From Leucoraja ocellata (Eukaryota): 64,000 nucleotides of DNA. Below, one piece after another: positions 61,961 to 64,000 of this stretch; position 1 is the first letter of the stretch; each line of letters opens with the position of its first letter. The DNA lies in the NCBI GenBank assembly GCA_036785375.1, contig JAWMAR010000030.1:5952001-6016000 (forward strand). Reading direction: 5' to 3'. The notes under the pieces are model-generated. The model had not been told where the DNA came from. It searched no databases and saw only the letters and a program-made list of their open reading frames with translations. A program made the position numbers and the translations under genes.

Positions 61961-64000
61961 CTTCTAAACACCAATATGCTTCTACATTGCAATCTTTGCT
62001 ATGTAGAAGCATATAGATGTAAGAGAATGCCACCAGTTGCAGCTTTTCTACTCCGTCATAGACTATTCAGACTTGAAAACATAATTTCCATCCCTACTTT
62101 GCCACAGAAGCTGGAACTCCTGAACCAACAGCATGATGGTGTACCTTCATCAGAAGGTCTCAAGAAAGCAATTTCTGAGAAGCCTTCTCTAGGATAAATA
62201 GGGATGTGTCATTAAAAGGAATGGCCACATCCAATAAAAAAAAGGAAAAAGGTAAATTGTCCCCATCTTTGCAGCAAATAAACTTTCTTCAAAAGAAGGA
62301 AATTATCAGTTACCGGCTCTGGACAGATATATTCCTGGAGATTTCTTTGCATAATCTCCATTCTTCAAGCAATCTATTTGCCCTACATTGTTATATATTT
62401 TTGTTGTCCCTGAAATTTGTTTTCCCAGCGTTTCATCCAGCAATTTATTGTAGATTTGCAATTCCTGCAGATTCTGGACCATCCTGGAAGACTCACACTT
62501 AGAGCAAGAAAGAACAAAAGTTGTGCTTGTGTTTTGATATGTCGATATTCCTGGGACGATAATGATCCAGCTCCTTTGAAAAGAGCCAAACAATGTCCAT
62601 CATCGCCCACCTTAGCTTGTTCCAAAGATGCAGTTGTAACCCACTCCACACCTGCTAGTCACATATTCATTCTCACAACACCTTCAAATGTATCAATTAT
62701 TCACATTTTATTATTTTACATCAGCATACATAGCACAGTTTGAACATTAAAACTGCAAGAAATGCATATAATTTGCACAAAGTAAGGCTAAACATCTAAT
62801 GAATAAGACACATCTATTGGTTTTCGTAAAGTGCAGAGCTGTGTTGCTTCACTTACAATAGCCAAAGTGCTCTAAAACCTATAAGGGGATATGCATGTTA
62901 TTCGTTTATGGAAAATCTGTCACTCCAAAGACACTCCGAACAAAGCACTCAGACCCTGTAAAGGAGCCTTTGTCTGGAAATGACTGAGAATTAAAGACAA
63001 AAGGTGCTGGGAATGCTCAGTCAGCCTGGCAGCTTATCTGGGGAAAAAACAATTAACTATTTAAGGTCAACAGCTTGGCAATGGAACTTCATCTCGAAAG
63101 CCTGATCCAGAGTTATTGTTTATTTGTGATGAGGAACAGAATTAATGCCAATGAGCATTTCAAGCAGTTTTTGTTTTTATTTCATATTTCCAGATCCAAT
63201 ATTTTTTTCCCTTTGATTTCCGGGTAATTATTGAATGATTTGGTATTTATCCATTGCTGAATGTTTTGTGTAGAGTCTCACTAGGACACATGAAGAGAGC
63301 AATCGAACAAGAACACGAGTTACCGTCAATCTCCTGAGCCCATTTTCTTCAAAGCTAAATGCAAATTAGTGATGATGGAGAATTACAGTAAAGCAGGTGA
63401 GATTTACGGCTTTCAAATCACAGTAGCTTTGCAAGCCAAAACTGATATTAAACTCTTCAGTTTGGCAATGCTAATAATCAAGGCACTTATCAGTTTTGTG
63501 TGAAATTGCAAAAAGTGAAGATTTTCACTACTGAACTCCAATATGTGTTAAGTCTCAGTGGTTGGGCAAAACCCATAGCATGAAGAAAACATTTACAAAT
63601 TATTAATCTTTGCAAATTATTAACCCTTGCATTATCGAACATTACACATTAAACCAGCTCAAATCATTGAACTAATCCCCAGTTCCATTTACTCTGCTTC
63701 CCATCTCTACATACAGAAACCAAGATCATCCATGTCCCATCTGATGCAATCTTCCTTGTATTTCCAATCGATTCCATAATTTCTGACCATAGCTACTTCA
63801 TATCATCACAACGTAACCACAGTCTTCATTCATCTTAATTGTTTAGCAACATATACAATCAGTTTTATATCACTTGTTTAAGAATAGCACTGCACATTTT
63901 GCACTCTGGCATCCAAAAATTAGCTTTATCATTAAGAGTACGTTGTTATCAATAATAAGATCTACGGTTGGTATTTTGGCTCTGCCCGGGTATGACTTAG

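Overview
Eukaryotic genomic DNA from a vertebrate, most likely a cartilaginous fish (skate/ray type). This is inferred from the repeat content: HE1/V-SINEs, CR1, Rex/Babar, RTE and abundant Penelope terminal repeats. Two minus-strand genes are present, in the order known from other vertebrates. (1) MYOZ1 (myozenin-1/calsarcin-2) has five coding exons at 50552-50477, 49725-49556, 47432-47180, 44958-44769 and 35891-35660. Together they give 921 nt (306 aa plus stop) ending in ETDDL, with consistent splice phases. (2) USP54 is represented by its 5' part: a CpG-island promoter with a non-coding first exon at about 24.9-25.1 kb, and a first coding exon at 1528-1385 containing the USP Cys box. The rest of USP54 lies to the left of the window. 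The remainder is intron or intergenic sequence full of retroelement fragments, and most ORFs in the supplied track are spurious or TE-derived. Most notable observations: about 15-20 Penelope terminal-repeat modules with a hammerhead-ribozyme-like core, several being ~200-bp fold-back insertions with 11-16 bp target-site duplications; an inverted pair of young CR1 copies bracketing MYOZ1 exons 2-5; an unexplained coding-like segment at about 60.9-61.3 kb; a strand-biased TGTCA array; and several palindromes. I found no clear-cut novel multi-gene system.
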